IMG/VR virus record: IMGVR_UViG_2850796239_000011
Span: 29,227-93,226 of that record
Length of the DNA: 64,000 nt
Reading direction: 5' to 3' (one strand)
Origin: a virus
Lineage: Duplodnaviria; Heunggongvirae; Uroviricota; Caudoviricetes
Below the pieces are notes generated by a model that made no database searches, was not told where the DNA came from, and worked only from the letters and a program-made list of their open reading frames with translations. This document shows, piece after piece, positions 52,046-62,583 of this stretch (positions within the stretch are counted from its first letter, which is position 1; each line of letters starts with the position of its first letter). The position numbers were made by a program, and so were the translations under genes.

Positions 52046-52387
52046 ATGGCGTTCACTGACCTTGAATATCAAGCGGTCAAAAAAGAAGTTCACCAATTCA
52101 TTGAAAGCATAAGGCCGCCTGAACATATCCGCAATGAACTGGATATTGTTTATAGCATCAATGACCAAACGATAGATATCGGCGAACAGCGCCCCGTGTG
52201 GCAGGGCAACCCAGGTGAAACAAACATCCTGCCATCAGCAAGAATCAAGTACATACGTTCTCTGGATAGATGGAAAATCTATTGGATGCGGAAGGATATG
52301 AAATGGCATCAGTACAGTACTGAACTTTCGCTGACTGATGCGCTTGAGCTTGTGCGTGCTGACCCGGATTGCTGCTTCTTCGGATGA
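52046..52387 (+). CDS. DUF3024-like protein (113 aa)
   Basis: Recalled family resemblance (C-terminal CCFFG); 38 bp downstream of cI. Confidence 0.5.
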   Translation: MAFTDLEYQAVKKEVHQFIESIRPPEHIRNELDIVYSINDQTIDIGEQRPVWQGNPGETNILPSARIKYIRSLDRWKIYWMRKDMKWHQYSTELSLTDALELVRADPDCCFFG

Positions 52388-52549
52388 GTGAAGAGACATT
52401 TTGGTGATGGATGGTCGCAGAAGTGCGGCCTTTAATGTAATCGAAGAAAAGTAATCCTTGTAAAACTTGATTTGACTGTATTGTCACAAAGAAAGGAATC
52501 AACGATCGTTTCTTGGGTCTTGATTTGTTTTGACGATCAAATTAGTATT

Positions 52550-52576
52550 GCCTCATCAACTGTATGAGGCTTTTTT
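52550..52576 (+). terminator. Terminator/attenuator-like hairpin abutting the 52577 start codon
   Basis: GCCTCAT-N7-ATGAGGC then TTTTTT; stem contains the only SD-like GAGG. Confidence 0.45.
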
Positions 52577-53110
52577 ATGCAAACCAAAAGCTACACCATC
52601 AAAGCATTTCAGGACTTCTTACAGATGCTTCCTGAGCTTGGTATCGTCAATGATGCTACAGCCCGCAATCTCCGTGACTCTTCCCTGCGCCTTCTTACTG
52701 TTCTTGGGTCGGATTTCACCGATGCCGATATCCGTGATTATAGCGTTGCCAACTTAGCAAGTTCGTACGCAGACTCAGCAGAAAGCAAACCCTCTGAATC
52801 ATCTTTGCAGGCATACAAAAGCCGGATGCAAAGTGCTATTGATAAATTTATCTCCTACCAGAATGGTGAGATTAATGTGTCAGTTGGTGATGTAAATAAA
52901 AAAAAGGAGCGTAAAAAGATGGCACCTAAGAAGAAGGCGGTAGCTGACGTACAGGTTGGTGTAAAAACATTTGAACTGCCGATTCCATTGCGCGGAGATC
53001 TTATCGTCACCATTGGCAACCTGCCTCGCGACCTGACAAAAGATGAAGCCAAGCGTATCAGTCTGATTGTGGAATCTTTTGCGATGATTGATGGCGGAAC
53101 AAAAGAATAA
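52577..53110 (+). CDS. Hypothetical protein (177 aa), no recognised family
   Basis: Two-domain protein with Lys-rich linker; possible promoter TTGATT-17-TAGTAT at 52520..52548. Confidence 0.55.
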   Translation: MQTKSYTIKAFQDFLQMLPELGIVNDATARNLRDSSLRLLTVLGSDFTDADIRDYSVANLASSYADSAESKPSESSLQAYKSRMQSAIDKFISYQNGEINVSVGDVNKKKERKKMAPKKKAVADVQVGVKTFELPIPLRGDLIVTIGNLPRDLTKDEAKRISLIVESFAMIDGGTKE

Positions 53111-53134
53111 AGCCCCGAGGGAACGGGCTTTTTG
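53111..53134 (+). terminator. Putative intrinsic terminator
   Basis: GCCCC...GGGC hairpin followed by TTTTT just after stop codon. Confidence 0.45.
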
Positions 53135-53283
53135 GGTCGGAAATATATCCAGTATTTCCGAAGTGTATGGAGGATTACCTACCGCTACACCCTTGGCAAC
53201 CGCAAGCCAAGGATAGCGGTTCTCCCAACAAACTACAACCTGTTCGGGTAAACAGGCTGTATACAAAAACAGGAGAAAAGCTA

Positions 53284-53418
53284 TGGCTCACGATGTTAAT
53301 CGCGATAACTTCATCTACGAACACGACAAGCCGGTTTATGTGCGCAGTTACTGCCGCATACGTTTCGGTGAGCTCGAACATGTTCGTCAGCACTTCCGCT
53401 CTTATCCGAGCTGCTGAA
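53284..53418 (+). CDS. Small hypothetical protein (44 aa)
   Basis: Hand translation MAHDVNRDNFIYEHDKPVYVRSYCRIRFGELEHVRQHFRSYPSC; RBS AGGAG. Confidence 0.35.
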
Positions 53419-53648
53419 AATAACTAAATCTCAAACCCGGCTTCCGCGCCGGGTTTTCTTTGCCTCGCGATCGTCCCCCATATTTAACAGCCGCAAATGC
53501 GGTAAACCACGAACCAACACGCCAGCAATACAGCGCCCCCCTTCCAATACCGACCAATCCGCAACATTTACAAAAATAAAATACCTTTATTATCCATCAC
53601 TTATAACTTATTTATCAGAATCCATAAATTAAGTTATTGACCACCGTT

Positions 53649-53662
53649 ATAACCTAGGTTAT
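53649..53662. promoter_or_regulatory. OL operator ATAACCTAGGTTAT
   Basis: Perfect palindrome matching the OR consensus. Confidence 0.5.
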
Positions 53663-53733
53663 CTTTAAGCCATCAGCAGGACGCACTACTCACCAGGGCG
53701 GTGAATATACAACGATTCGAATATGAATCTACG

Positions 53734-53748
53734 GCGCTGACAAAGCGC
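53734..53748 (+). promoter_or_regulatory. nutL boxB hairpin (P22 type)
   Basis: GCGCTGACAAAGCGC as recalled for P22 boxB; upstream of P22-type N. Confidence 0.6.
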
Positions 53749-53913
53749 AATAACCAAAGTGAACTTTGGGGTGTGGTGAAGGGTTCATGGATGGGAATAT
53801 GTCGCACGTAAAGCGGCGAGGCCTGCGGGACTATTGCCGAATTGAAGTAGGCCGAAACAGGTCAAAATGGGTCTCCCACTTACCACACCACCAAAGTTCA
53901 TCAGGAGGTCTAT

Positions 53914-54297
53914 ATGACACGCAGAACTCAGTTCAAAGGCAATTCACGTTCTCGTCGTCGTGAGCGTTTAAAGGCAAAGGCATTAGCTAACGGCGTGCTG
54001 GCCCGCGAAGAAGCAATAAGTTCAGAAGTATTACACCGCCCTACTCTAAGCAGAGCGCAGATTCAGGCTAAAGGTACTCACGAAACGCCTGAGCGCATAG
54101 AAGACGCTAAGCCAATTAAGTTCATGGCACAGGACGTGATCTGGCAACAGAAAGAATACAGACGCAATCTGGAGCGAGCGGCCATTGTGTACGCGAATGA
54201 GTTTGGACATAAGCAACCAGAAACTGGTGTATGTCTTCCAAATGTAGCTCTTTACGCGGCAGGCTACAGGAAATCCAAACAGCTGACAGCGAGGTAA
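53914..54297 (+). CDS. Antitermination protein N (P22 gp24 type)
   Basis: Arg-rich N-terminus; C-terminus VALYAAGYRKSKQLTAR resembles P22 N. Confidence 0.75.
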   Translation: MTRRTQFKGNSRSRRRERLKAKALANGVLAREEAISSEVLHRPTLSRAQIQAKGTHETPERIEDAKPIKFMAQDVIWQQKEYRRNLERAAIVYANEFGHKQPETGVCLPNVALYAAGYRKSKQLTAR

Positions 54298-54299
54298 TT

Positions 54300-54731
54300 A
54301 TGGATTTAAATAAATTAGAAGCGTTATTAGAAGCATCAGTAAAAAATTTTATCTCAGTACTTGATGAAAAAACTGAAGATATTAAGAAGGCAAATATTGT
54401 CGAACTTGTAAAAACAAGAGCCAGTACATTTGATCATCTTCCTGATGATGTCCGGTCAGCGGCAATTCGCGTATATGTAACGGCACTAAGCAATAGTGAA
54501 CCACCAATTGATGAAGAATCAAGAGATATTCAGAAAAAACGGTTTGAGATGTTAGCCAGCAACATTATCGCTGGTTTCACACGGCTCTTAACAAAAGAGC
54601 ATGCCAGTGAAGCTATTCGCCAGCAGGCTCAGGTAATTATTAATCAGGCAGAAACTATTTCACGTGAGCGAAAAGAATTTCGTAAAGAGGTTTCTGAGCT
54701 TCAAGCATCTCAACCGCAATCCACTATTTAA
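54300..54731 (+). CDS. Hypothetical protein (143 aa)
   Basis: Translationally coupled to N; followed by a 28-aa acidic ORF at 54740..54826. Confidence 0.5.
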   Translation: MDLNKLEALLEASVKNFISVLDEKTEDIKKANIVELVKTRASTFDHLPDDVRSAAIRVYVTALSNSEPPIDEESRDIQKKRFEMLASNIIAGFTRLLTKEHASEAIRQQAQVIINQAETISRERKEFRKEVSELQASQPQSTI

Positions 54732-54809
54732 GGTGATATATGGAAGAAGAATTTGAAGAGTTCGAAGAGCATCCTCAGGATGTGATGGAACAATACCAGG
54801 ACTATCCTT

Positions 54810-55010
54810 ATGACTACGACTATTGATAAAAATCAATGGTGTGGACAATTCAAGCGATGCAATGGATGCAAGCTGCAATCGGAATGCATGGTTAAGCCTG
54901 AAGAAATGTTTCCTGTAATGGAAGATGGGAAATATGTCGATAAATGGGCAATACGAACGACGGCAATGATTGCCAGAGAACTTGGTAAACAGAACAACAA
55001 AGCTGCCTGA
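54810..55010 (+). CDS. ral: Restriction alleviation protein Ral
   Basis: 66 aa, matches recalled lambda Ral. Confidence 0.8.
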   Translation: MTTTIDKNQWCGQFKRCNGCKLQSECMVKPEEMFPVMEDGKYVDKWAIRTTAMIARELGKQNNKAA

Positions 55011-55192
55011 TAGTGGCCTTTATTTTTGGCATAAATAACAGAATAAACACTACACTGTGTATTCATTCCAACGAGTGAATACACGGAGCAATGTCGCTCG
55101 TAACTAAACAGGAGCCGACTTGTTCTGATTATTGGAAATCTTCTTTGCCCTCCAATGTGAGGGCGATTTTTTATCTGTGAGGATATGAACAG

Positions 55193-55561
55193 ATGCCAAA
55201 CATCAAAAAATACATCATTGATTACGACTGGAAAGCATCAATAGAAATTGAAATCGACCATGACGTAATGACAGAGGAAAAACTTCACCAGATTAATAAT
55301 TTCTGGTCAGACTCTGAATACCGACTAAATAAACACGGCTCTTTATTAAATGCTGTATTAATCATGCTGGCGCAACATGTTCTGCTTATAGCAATTTCGA
55401 AAGACTTAAATGCATATGGTGTTGTGTGTGAGTTCGACTGGAATGATGGAAATGGTCAGGAAGGATGGCCTCCAATGGATGGTAGCGAAGGAATAAGAAT
55501 TACCGATATCGATACATCAGGAATATTTGATTCAGATGATATGACTATCAAGGCCGCCTGA
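55193..55561 (+). CDS. Lambda Ea10-like protein
   Basis: 122 aa in the lambda ea10 position. Confidence 0.55.
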   Translation: MPNIKKYIIDYDWKASIEIEIDHDVMTEEKLHQINNFWSDSEYRLNKHGSLLNAVLIMLAQHVLLIAISKDLNAYGVVCEFDWNDGNGQEGWPPMDGSEGIRITDIDTSGIFDSDDMTIKAA

Positions 55562-55633
55562 GTGCGGCTTTACCGCATACCAATAACGCTTCACTCGAGG
55601 CGTTTTTCGTTATGTATAAATAAGGAGCACACC

Positions 55634-55798
55634 ATGCAATATGCCATTGCAGGGTGGCCTGTTGCTGGCTGCCCTTCCGAATCTTTACTTGAACGAATCA
55701 CCCGTAAATTACGTGACGGATGGAAACGCCTTATCGACATACTTAATCAGCCAGGAGTCCCAAAGAATGGATCAAACACTTATGGCTATCCAGACTAA
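55634..55798 (+). CDS. cIII: CIII (FtsH inhibitor)
   Basis: 54 aa identical to recalled lambda CIII. Confidence 0.9.
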   Translation: MQYAIAGWPVAGCPSESLLERITRKLRDGWKRLIDILNQPGVPKNGSNTYGYPD

Positions 55799-55910
55799 AT
55801 TCACTATCGCCACTTTTATTGGCGATGAAAAGATGTTTCGTGAAGCCGTCGACGCTTATAAAAAATGGATATTAATGCTGAAACTGAGATCAAGCAAAAG
55901 CATTCACTAA
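55767..55910 (+). CDS. kil: Kil (host killing protein)
   Basis: 47 aa, lambda Kil; overlaps cIII 3' end. Confidence 0.85.
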   Translation: MDQTLMAIQTKFTIATFIGDEKMFREAVDAYKKWILMLKLRSSKSIH

Positions 55911-56281
55911 CCCCCTTTCCTGTTTTCCTAATCAGCCTAGCATTTCGCGGGCGATATTTTCACAGCTATTTCAGGAGTTCAGCCATGAACGCTTATTACA
56001 TTCAGGATCGTCTTGAGGCTCAGAGCTGGGCGCGTCACTACCAGCAGATCGCCCGTGAAGAGAAAGAGGCAGAACTGGCAGACGACATGGAAAAAGGCCT
56101 GCCCCAGCACCTGTTTGAATCGCTATGCATCGATCATTTGCAACGCCACGGGGCCAGCAAAAAAGCCATTACCCGTGCGTTTGATGACGATGTTGAGTTT
56201 CAGGAGCGCATGGCAGAACACATCCGGTACATGGTTGAAACCATTGCTCACCACCAGGTTGATATTGATTCAGAGGTATAA
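55865..56281 (+). CDS. gam: Gam (RecBCD inhibitor)
   Basis: 138 aa, near-identical to lambda Gam. Confidence 0.95.
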   Translation: MDINAETEIKQKHSLTPFPVFLISLAFRGRYFHSYFRSSAMNAYYIQDRLEAQSWARHYQQIAREEKEAELADDMEKGLPQHLFESLCIDHLQRHGASKKAITRAFDDDVEFQERMAEHIRYMVETIAHHQVDIDSEV

Positions 56282-56286
56282 AACGA

Positions 56287-57072
56287 ATGAGTACAGCACT
56301 CGCAACGCTGGCAGGGAAGCTGGCTGAACGTGTCGGCATGGATTCTGTCGACCCACAGGAACTGATCACCACTCTTCGCCAGACGGCATTTAAAGGCGAT
56401 GCCAGCGATGTGCAGTTCATCGCATTGCTGATCGTCGCCAACCAGTACGGCCTTAATCCGTGGACGAAAGAAATTTACGCCTTTCCTGACAAGCAGAACG
56501 GCATCGTTCCGGTGGTGGGCGTTGATGGCTGGTCCCGCATCATCAATGAAAACCAGCAGTTTGATGGCATGGACTTTGAGCAGGACAATGAATCCTGTAC
56601 ATGCCGGATTTACCGCAAGGACCGCAATCATCCGATCTGCGTTACCGAATGGATGGATGAATGCCGCCGCGAACCATTCAAAACCCGCGAAGGCAGAGAA
56701 ATCACGGGGCCGTGGCAGTCGCATCCCAAACGGATGTTACGGCATAAAGCCATGATTCAGTGTGCCCGTCTCGCCTTCGGATTTGCTGGTATCTATGACA
56801 AGGATGAAGCCGAGCGCATTGTCGAAAATACCGCATACACTGCAGAACGTCAGCCGGAACGCGACATCACTCCGGTTAACGATGAAACCATGCAGGAGAT
56901 TAACACTCTGCTGATCGCCCTGGATAAAACATGGGATGACGACTTATTGCCGCTCTGTTCCCAGATATTTCGCCGCGACATTCGAGCATCGTCAGAACTG
57001 ACACAGGCCGAAGCAGTGAAAGCTCTTGGATTCCTGAAACAGAAAGCCACTGAGCAGAAGGTGGCAGCATGA
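56287..57072 (+). CDS. bet: Bet (Red-beta single-strand annealing protein)
   Basis: 261 aa, lambda Bet. Confidence 0.95.
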   Translation: MSTALATLAGKLAERVGMDSVDPQELITTLRQTAFKGDASDVQFIALLIVANQYGLNPWTKEIYAFPDKQNGIVPVVGVDGWSRIINENQQFDGMDFEQDNESCTCRIYRKDRNHPICVTEWMDECRREPFKTREGREITGPWQSHPKRMLRHKAMIQCARLAFGFAGIYDKDEAERIVENTAYTAERQPERDITPVNDETMQEINTLLIALDKTWDDDLLPLCSQIFRRDIRASSELTQAEAVKALGFLKQKATEQKVAA

Positions 57073-57749
57073 CACCGGACATTATCCTGCAGCGTACCGG
57101 GATCGACGTGAGAGCTGTCGAACAGGGGGATGATGCATGGCACAAATTACGGCTCGGCGTCATCACCGCTTCAGAAGTTCACAACGTGATAGCAAAGCCC
57201 CGCTCAGGAAAGAAGTGGCCTGACATGAAAATGTCCTACTTCCACACCCTGCTGGCTGAGGTTTGCACCGGTGTGGCTCAGGAAGTTAATGCTAAGGCGC
57301 TGGCATGGGGAAAACAGTACGAGAACGACGCCAGAACTCTGTTTGAATTCACTTCCGGCGTGAATGTTACTGAATCCCCGATCATCTATCGCGACGAAAG
57401 TATGCGCACCGCCTGCTCTCCCGATGGTTTATGCAGTGACGGCAATGGCCTTGAGCTGAAATGCCCGTTTACCTCCCGGGATTTCATGAAGTTCCGGCTC
57501 GGTGGTTTCGAGGCCATAAAGTCGGCTTACATGGCCCAGGTGCAGTACAGCATGTGGGTGACACGAAAAGATGCCTGGTACTTTGCCAACTATGACCCGC
57601 GTATGAAGCGTGAAGGACTGCATTATGTCGTGGTTGAGCGGGATGAAAAGTACATGGCGAGTTTTGACGAGATGGTGCCGGAGTTCATCGAAAAAATGGA
57701 CGAGGCACTGGCTGAAATTGGTTTTGTATTTGGGGAGCAATGGCGATGA
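57069..57749 (+). CDS. exo: Exo (lambda exonuclease)
   Basis: 226 aa, lambda Exo. Confidence 0.95.
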   Translation: MTPDIILQRTGIDVRAVEQGDDAWHKLRLGVITASEVHNVIAKPRSGKKWPDMKMSYFHTLLAEVCTGVAQEVNAKALAWGKQYENDARTLFEFTSGVNVTESPIIYRDESMRTACSPDGLCSDGNGLELKCPFTSRDFMKFRLGGFEAIKSAYMAQVQYSMWVTRKDAWYFANYDPRMKREGLHYVVVERDEKYMASFDEMVPEFIEKMDEALAEIGFVFGEQWR

Positions 57750-57928
57750 CGCATCCTCACGATAATATCCGCGTAGGCACGATCACTTTCGTCTACTCCG
57801 TTACGAAGCGAGGCTGGGTATTTCCCGGCCTTTCTGTTATCCGAAATCCCCTGAAAGCACAGCGGCTGGCTGAGGAGATAAATAATAAACGGGGAGCTGT
57901 ATGCACAAAGCATCTCCCGTTGAGTTAA
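57740..57928 (+). CDS. Lambda orf60a-like protein
   Basis: 62 aa, position after exo. Confidence 0.6.
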   Translation: MAMTHPHDNIRVGTITFVYSVTKRGWVFPGLSVIRNPLKAQRLAEEINNKRGAVCTKHLPLS

Positions 57929-58092
57929 GAACGAGTATCGAGATGGCACATAGCCTCGCTCAAATTGGAGTCAGGTTTGTGCCAATACCAGTAGAAACAG
58001 ACGAAGAATTTCATACGTTAGCCGCATCCCTTTCACAAAAGCTGGAAATGATGGTGGCGAAAGCAGAAGCAGATGAGAGAGACCAGGTATGA
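57901..58092 (+). CDS. Lambda orf63-like protein
   Basis: 63 aa. Confidence 0.6.
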   Translation: MHKASPVELRTSIEMAHSLAQIGVRFVPIPVETDEEFHTLAASLSQKLEMMVAKAEADERDQV

Positions 58093-58168
58093 CAACCACG
58101 GAATGCATTTTTCTGGCAGCGGGCTTCATATTTTGTGTGCTTATGCTTGCCGACATGGGACTTGTTCA

Positions 58169-58384
58169 ATGACACCTCAGCAAGAAAACGCCCTTCGCAG
58201 CATTGCCCGTCTGGCTAACTCTGAAATCAAAAAAGCCAGACAGCAGTTTCCGGATAAAAACGTCGATGACATTTGCCGTAGCGTACTGAAGAAGCATCGC
58301 GAAACGGTAACGCTGATGGGATTCACACCGACTCATTTAAGTCTGGCGATCGGCATGTTAAACGGCGTCTTTAAGGAGCGATGA
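58169..58384 (+). CDS. Lambda orf61-like protein
   Basis: 71 aa from ATG 58169. Confidence 0.55.
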   Translation: MTPQQENALRSIARLANSEIKKARQQFPDKNVDDICRSVLKKHRETVTLMGFTPTHLSLAIGMLNGVFKER

Positions 58385-58482
58385 ACATGAAAAGCAAAAT
58401 CATCAGGGAGCTACAGGCTCCTTTTTTATTGTTCGCATTCACCCTCAAGCGTATTAACCAACAATTCAGGGATTAATGGAAG

Positions 58483-58704
58483 ATGGCAGACATCATTGAT
58501 TCAGCATCAGAAATTGAAGAATTACAGCGCAACACAGCAATAAAAATGCGCCGCCTGAACCACCAGGCTATATCTGCCACTCATTGTTGTGAGTGTGGCG
58601 ATCCGATAGATGAACGAAGACGCCTGGTCGTTCAGGGTTGTCGGACTTGTGCAAGTTGCCAGGAAGATCTGGAGCTTATCAGTAAACAGAGAGGTTCGAA
58701 GTGA
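58483..58704 (+). CDS. DksA/TraR-type C4 zinc-finger protein
   Basis: CCECGDPIDERRR...CRTCASCQ motif. Confidence 0.7.
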   Translation: MADIIDSASEIEELQRNTAIKMRRLNHQAISATHCCECGDPIDERRRLVVQGCRTCASCQEDLELISKQRGSK

Positions 58705-59072
58705 GTGAAATTAACTCTCAGGCACTGCGTGAAGCGGCAGAACGCGCTATTCCGGCAATGGAACGATTGTTGATACTTTCATTTGATGATAGGTTGTTAA
58801 GCGACCAGGAACTAAAAGATTACGACGTGGATATTGATGCGATTAACAACTTCAAACTGCTGGCCGGTCCGAAAACGGTACTGGCGCTGCTAGATGAACG
58901 GGAAAGAAACCAGCAATACATCAAACGCCGCGACCAGGAGAACGAGGAAATTGCGCTAACGGTAGGAAAGCTGCGCGTTGAGCTGGAAGCAGCAAAATCA
59001 AAACTCAACGAGCAGCGTGAATATTACGAAGGTGTTATCTCGGATGGAAGTAAGCGTATTGCTGAACTGTAG
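58701..59072 (+). CDS. Hypothetical protein (123 aa)
   Basis: Coupled to upstream gene; coiled-coil-like C-terminus. Confidence 0.5.
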   Translation: MSEINSQALREAAERAIPAMERLLILSFDDRLLSDQELKDYDVDIDAINNFKLLAGPKTVLALLDERERNQQYIKRRDQENEEIALTVGKLRVELEAAKSKLNEQREYYEGVISDGSKRIAEL

Positions 59073-59322
59073 GCCTAGGTTGTATGTACAAGATTTGCAT
59101 ACGTAAGAGCAAAAGACAAGGGAGAATTGATCAGAGTTATTACCTGCCAACCAACGGGATATTACGCTTACGTACCATGTAACTAGGAATCCTTGAAGTG
59201 GCAGCCTAACTGTGGATACACTGAAATGGCGATTTGGTAACATGTTTCGCACAAGGCTGTTACTACGCTTAGAGATAATCAGTCATGATTAAATGCTTTG
59301 TAAAAAGTAAAAGGAAATTACA

Positions 59323-59937
59323 ATGAAAAAATCAACACTAATTTTAGGGCTTACGTTAATTGTCTCATCTCAAATACCATCGGCAATGGCAAAAAATGAA
59401 TCAAAACTTTGGGTTGTTGTTGATCGAACGGAAAGACATACCTGCCCTTCAAGTAAATGTGGAGTGGCTGGGAAACTATTTTTCAGGGAAGGCGTAGATT
59501 TTCTAGAAAAAAAAGGTGAATGGGTTCGTATAACTGAGCCATATTCAGCCTCATGTATGGGAGGGGAAAGCGAATATATTAAAGAAGGTAATAAATCCTG
59601 CACAAGAAAAAACGGAATCGTTAATGGCAAGTTTTCAGAATGGGTTAAACTTAGTGATCTTAGCAGTGAAAGGCCATCAGATCCTGCTGAAAATGCGAGC
59701 GGAAATGATACCTTAATCAAAGGATCTGATGACTACCGTATATACAAAAAAGAGTTTTCTTCGGCAGCTAGGAAGTTAATAAGTGAAGGTGTCTGCACGG
59801 AGAGCGATTTTAAGGAAATTGGAGGGTGGATGGCATCAAGCAATAAGGGTGAAAACATCTATTTCACATATTGCGGAGGAATGACGTTGTCGAACAGAAT
59901 ATATCTAGACGTTAAAAGTGGAAAGACTTTTAGATAA
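59323..59937 (+). CDS. Secreted protein of unknown function (moron)
   Basis: Signal peptide ending AMA; several Cys; visibly AT-rich; followed by hairpin. Confidence 0.6.
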   Translation: MKKSTLILGLTLIVSSQIPSAMAKNESKLWVVVDRTERHTCPSSKCGVAGKLFFREGVDFLEKKGEWVRITEPYSASCMGGESEYIKEGNKSCTRKNGIVNGKFSEWVKLSDLSSERPSDPAENASGNDTLIKGSDDYRIYKKEFSSAARKLISEGVCTESDFKEIGGWMASSNKGENIYFTYCGGMTLSNRIYLDVKSGKTFR

Positions 59938-60005
59938 TATGATATTACCAATGACAGCATTAATTTAATGCCTCCATAGAATTATCTCTAGGAAGTAAGT
60001 ATAAG

Positions 60006-60040
60006 AAAAGCCCGCACAATGAGCTGCTGCGGGCTTTGTG
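60006..60040. terminator. Putative terminator hairpin after moron
   Basis: AGCCCGCA-N11-TGCGGGCT with T-rich flank. Confidence 0.4.
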
Positions 60041-60239
60041 TTATTCGCCATATTTTATGAAGCAAATACGACACTATAGATAATTAAGCGTTACTGGTTG
60101 TCGATTCCTCACTCATTCCTGCTGATGGCTGTCTTCTTGTATGTGCCATTGAAGGGTAATATCGCGTAAAAAGATACCGGAAGTATCCGCGCCGCCATGA
60201 TTGTCTTTCTCCTGATGCAGGAAAAGCAGAATGACTAAA

Positions 60240-60570
60240 TCAGCAGCAGAGCGCAAAGCCGATCAGAGAGCCAAGCAAGCATCATCCGGTATGCGTAAGC
60301 TGGAGCTTGTACTTGATGCTCAGGAAATTGAAATGCTGGAGCGTAACTGAGCCACGCGCCGCTTCAGGCGTGCGCCTTACGAGTTTGGTGAGTACATAGC
60401 GTTACTGAGCCGCCAGGATGATGCACGTGTGCGCTGGCGTATAAAATCGATTAGCAGAAAACGTTGCCGTAAGTGCGGCGAGAGAGTTCCTGTTAATTCA
60501 TGCCCGTGTAATGGTGACTCACAATACTGGGTGACCAAAGGCTGGCACGAAACAAAATTAATGATATAAA
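60240..60570 (+). pseudogene. Small Cys-rich ORF split by an in-frame TGA
   Basis: Hand translation: 39 codons, TGA at 60357..60359, then 70 in-frame codons with CxxC...CxC. Confidence 0.35.
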
Positions 60571-60597
60571 TCTCTGTGACATGTCACGGAGGCGGCA

Positions 60598-61026
60598 ATG
60601 AAATTAGACCAGCAATATCTAAAAGATCTACTTATCGCATTCGAAAAAACTTATGGCCCTGACACGATGCTTAGTGAACTAGAGGATAATGGCTTTAATA
60701 GATATGACCAAAATTTTATTTTCCATATGCGATTATTATGTGACTACGAATTAATAGTTAGGGTTGATGGAAAACCTGGGTTCGGTCATATAATGTCCAA
60801 CGAGTTAGGGGAAGGTGTTGAATATAGTTGGATCGAAGTACCACTGAGGTTGACAGCAAGAGGGCATGATTTTATTGCTGACTTACGTCAAAAGGAGGTC
60901 TGGCAAGCTATAAAAACAAACTTTAAGGATGAGGGAATTAGTACTCTTATGAGTGTTTCAAAATCACTAGCAAAAGGCTTTGCAAGGAAAAAAATAAAAG
61001 ATATTACAGGAATAGATATTGAATAA
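60598..61026 (+). CDS. DUF2513-like protein (142 aa)
   Basis: AT-rich gene near int; family by recall. Confidence 0.5.
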   Translation: MKLDQQYLKDLLIAFEKTYGPDTMLSELEDNGFNRYDQNFIFHMRLLCDYELIVRVDGKPGFGHIMSNELGEGVEYSWIEVPLRLTARGHDFIADLRQKEVWQAIKTNFKDEGISTLMSVSKSLAKGFARKKIKDITGIDIE

Positions 61027-61316
61027 TTCTTAGCATCAAGCAACTACTGCCTTTGGTAAAAATTATATCTGAACTCGATACGGCGAGTTTTGTTTTACGG
61101 AGATGATAAATGCACTTCAGAGTCACTGGTGAATGGAATGGAGAACCATTCAACAGAGTTATCTAAGCAGAGAACATCAATGACTGCTATGACCACTGGA
61201 TGATATGGGCGCAGATAGCACATGCAGACATAACCAATATTCGAATTGAAGAACTGAAAGAACACCAAGCCGCCTGATGGCGGTTTTTTCTTGCGTGTAA
61301 TTGCGGAGACTTTGCG

Positions 61317-61535
61317 ATGTACTTGACACTTCAGGAGTGGAACGCTCGCCAGCGACGCCCAAGAAGCCTTGAAACAGTTCGTCGATGGGTGCGCGAATGC
61401 AGGATATTCCCTCCTCCGGTTAAGGATGGAAGAGAATATCTGTTCCACGAATCAGCGGTAAAGGTTGACTTAAATCGACCAGTAACAGGTAGCCTTTTGA
61501 AGAGGATCAGAAATGGGAAGAAGGCGAAGTCATGA
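61317..61535 (+). CDS. xis: Excisionase Xis (lambda)
   Basis: 72 aa, near-identical to lambda Xis. Confidence 0.95.
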   Translation: MYLTLQEWNARQRRPRSLETVRRWVRECRIFPPPVKDGREYLFHESAVKVDLNRPVTGSLLKRIRNGKKAKS

Positions 61536-62583
61536 GCGCCGGGATTTACCCCCTAACCTTTATATAAGAAACAATGGATATTACTGCTACAGGGACCCAA
61601 GGACGGGTAAAGAGTTTGGATTAGGCCGAGACAGGCGAATCGCAATCACTGAAGCTATACAGGCCAACATTGAGTTATTTTCAGGACACAAACACAAGCC
61701 TCTGACAGCGAGAATCAACAGTGATAATTCCGTTACGTTACATTCATGGCTTGATCGCTACGAAAAAATCCTGGCCAGCAGAGGAATCAAGCAGAAGACA
61801 CTCATAAATTACATGAGCAAAATTAAAGCAATAAGGAGGGGTCTGCCTGATGCTCCACTTGAAGACATCACCACAAAAGAAATTGCGGCAATGCTCAATG
61901 GATACATAGACGAGGGAAAGGCGGCATCAGCCAAGTTAATCAGATCAACACTGAGCGATGCATTCCGAGAGGCTATGGCTGAAGGCCATATAACAACAAA
62001 CCCGGTCGCAGCCACTCGCGCTGCAAAATCAGAGGTAAGGAGATCAAGACTTACGGCTGACGAATACCTGAAAATTTATCAAGCAGCAGAATCATCACCA
62101 TGTTGGCTTAGACTTGCAATGGAACTGGCTGTTGTTACCGGGCAGCGAGTTGGTGATTTATGCGAAATGAAGTGGTCTGATATCGTAGATGGATATCTTT
62201 ATGTCGAGCAAAGCAAAACAGGCGTAAAAATTGCCATCCCAACAACATTGCATGTTGATGCTCTCGGGATATCAATGAAGGAAACACTTGATAAATGCAA
62301 AAAGATTCTTGGCGGAGAAACCATAATTGCATCTACTCGTCGTGAACCGCTTTCATCCGGCACAGTATCAAGGTATTTTATGCGCGCACGAAAAGCATCA
62401 GGTCTCTCCTTCGAAGGGGATCCGCCAACCTTTCACGAGTTGCGCAGTTTGTCTGCAAGACTCTATGAGAAGCAGATAAGCGATAAATTTGCTCAACATC
62501 TTCTCGGGCATAAGTCGGACACCATGGCATCACAGTATCGTGATGACAGAGGCAGGGAGTGGGACAAAATTGAAATCAAATAA
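61513..62583 (+). CDS. int: Integrase Int (lambda)
   Basis: 356 aa, near-identical to lambda Int. Confidence 0.95.
   Translation: MGRRRSHERRDLPPNLYIRNNGYYCYRDPRTGKEFGLGRDRRIAITEAIQANIELFSGHKHKPLTARINSDNSVTLHSWLDRYEKILASRGIKQKTLINYMSKIKAIRRGLPDAPLEDITTKEIAAMLNGYIDEGKAASAKLIRSTLSDAFREAMAEGHITTNPVAATRAAKSEVRRSRLTADEYLKIYQAAESSPCWLRLAMELAVVTGQRVGDLCEMKWSDIVDGYLYVEQSKTGVKIAIPTTLHVDALGISMKETLDKCKKILGGETIIASTRREPLSSGTVSRYFMRARKASGLSFEGDPPTFHELRSLSARLYEKQISDKFAQHLLGHKSDTMASQYRDDRGREWDKIEIK

Noticed and set aside
56248-56724. 158-aa minus-strand ORF
   Set aside because: Antisense to lambda bet.
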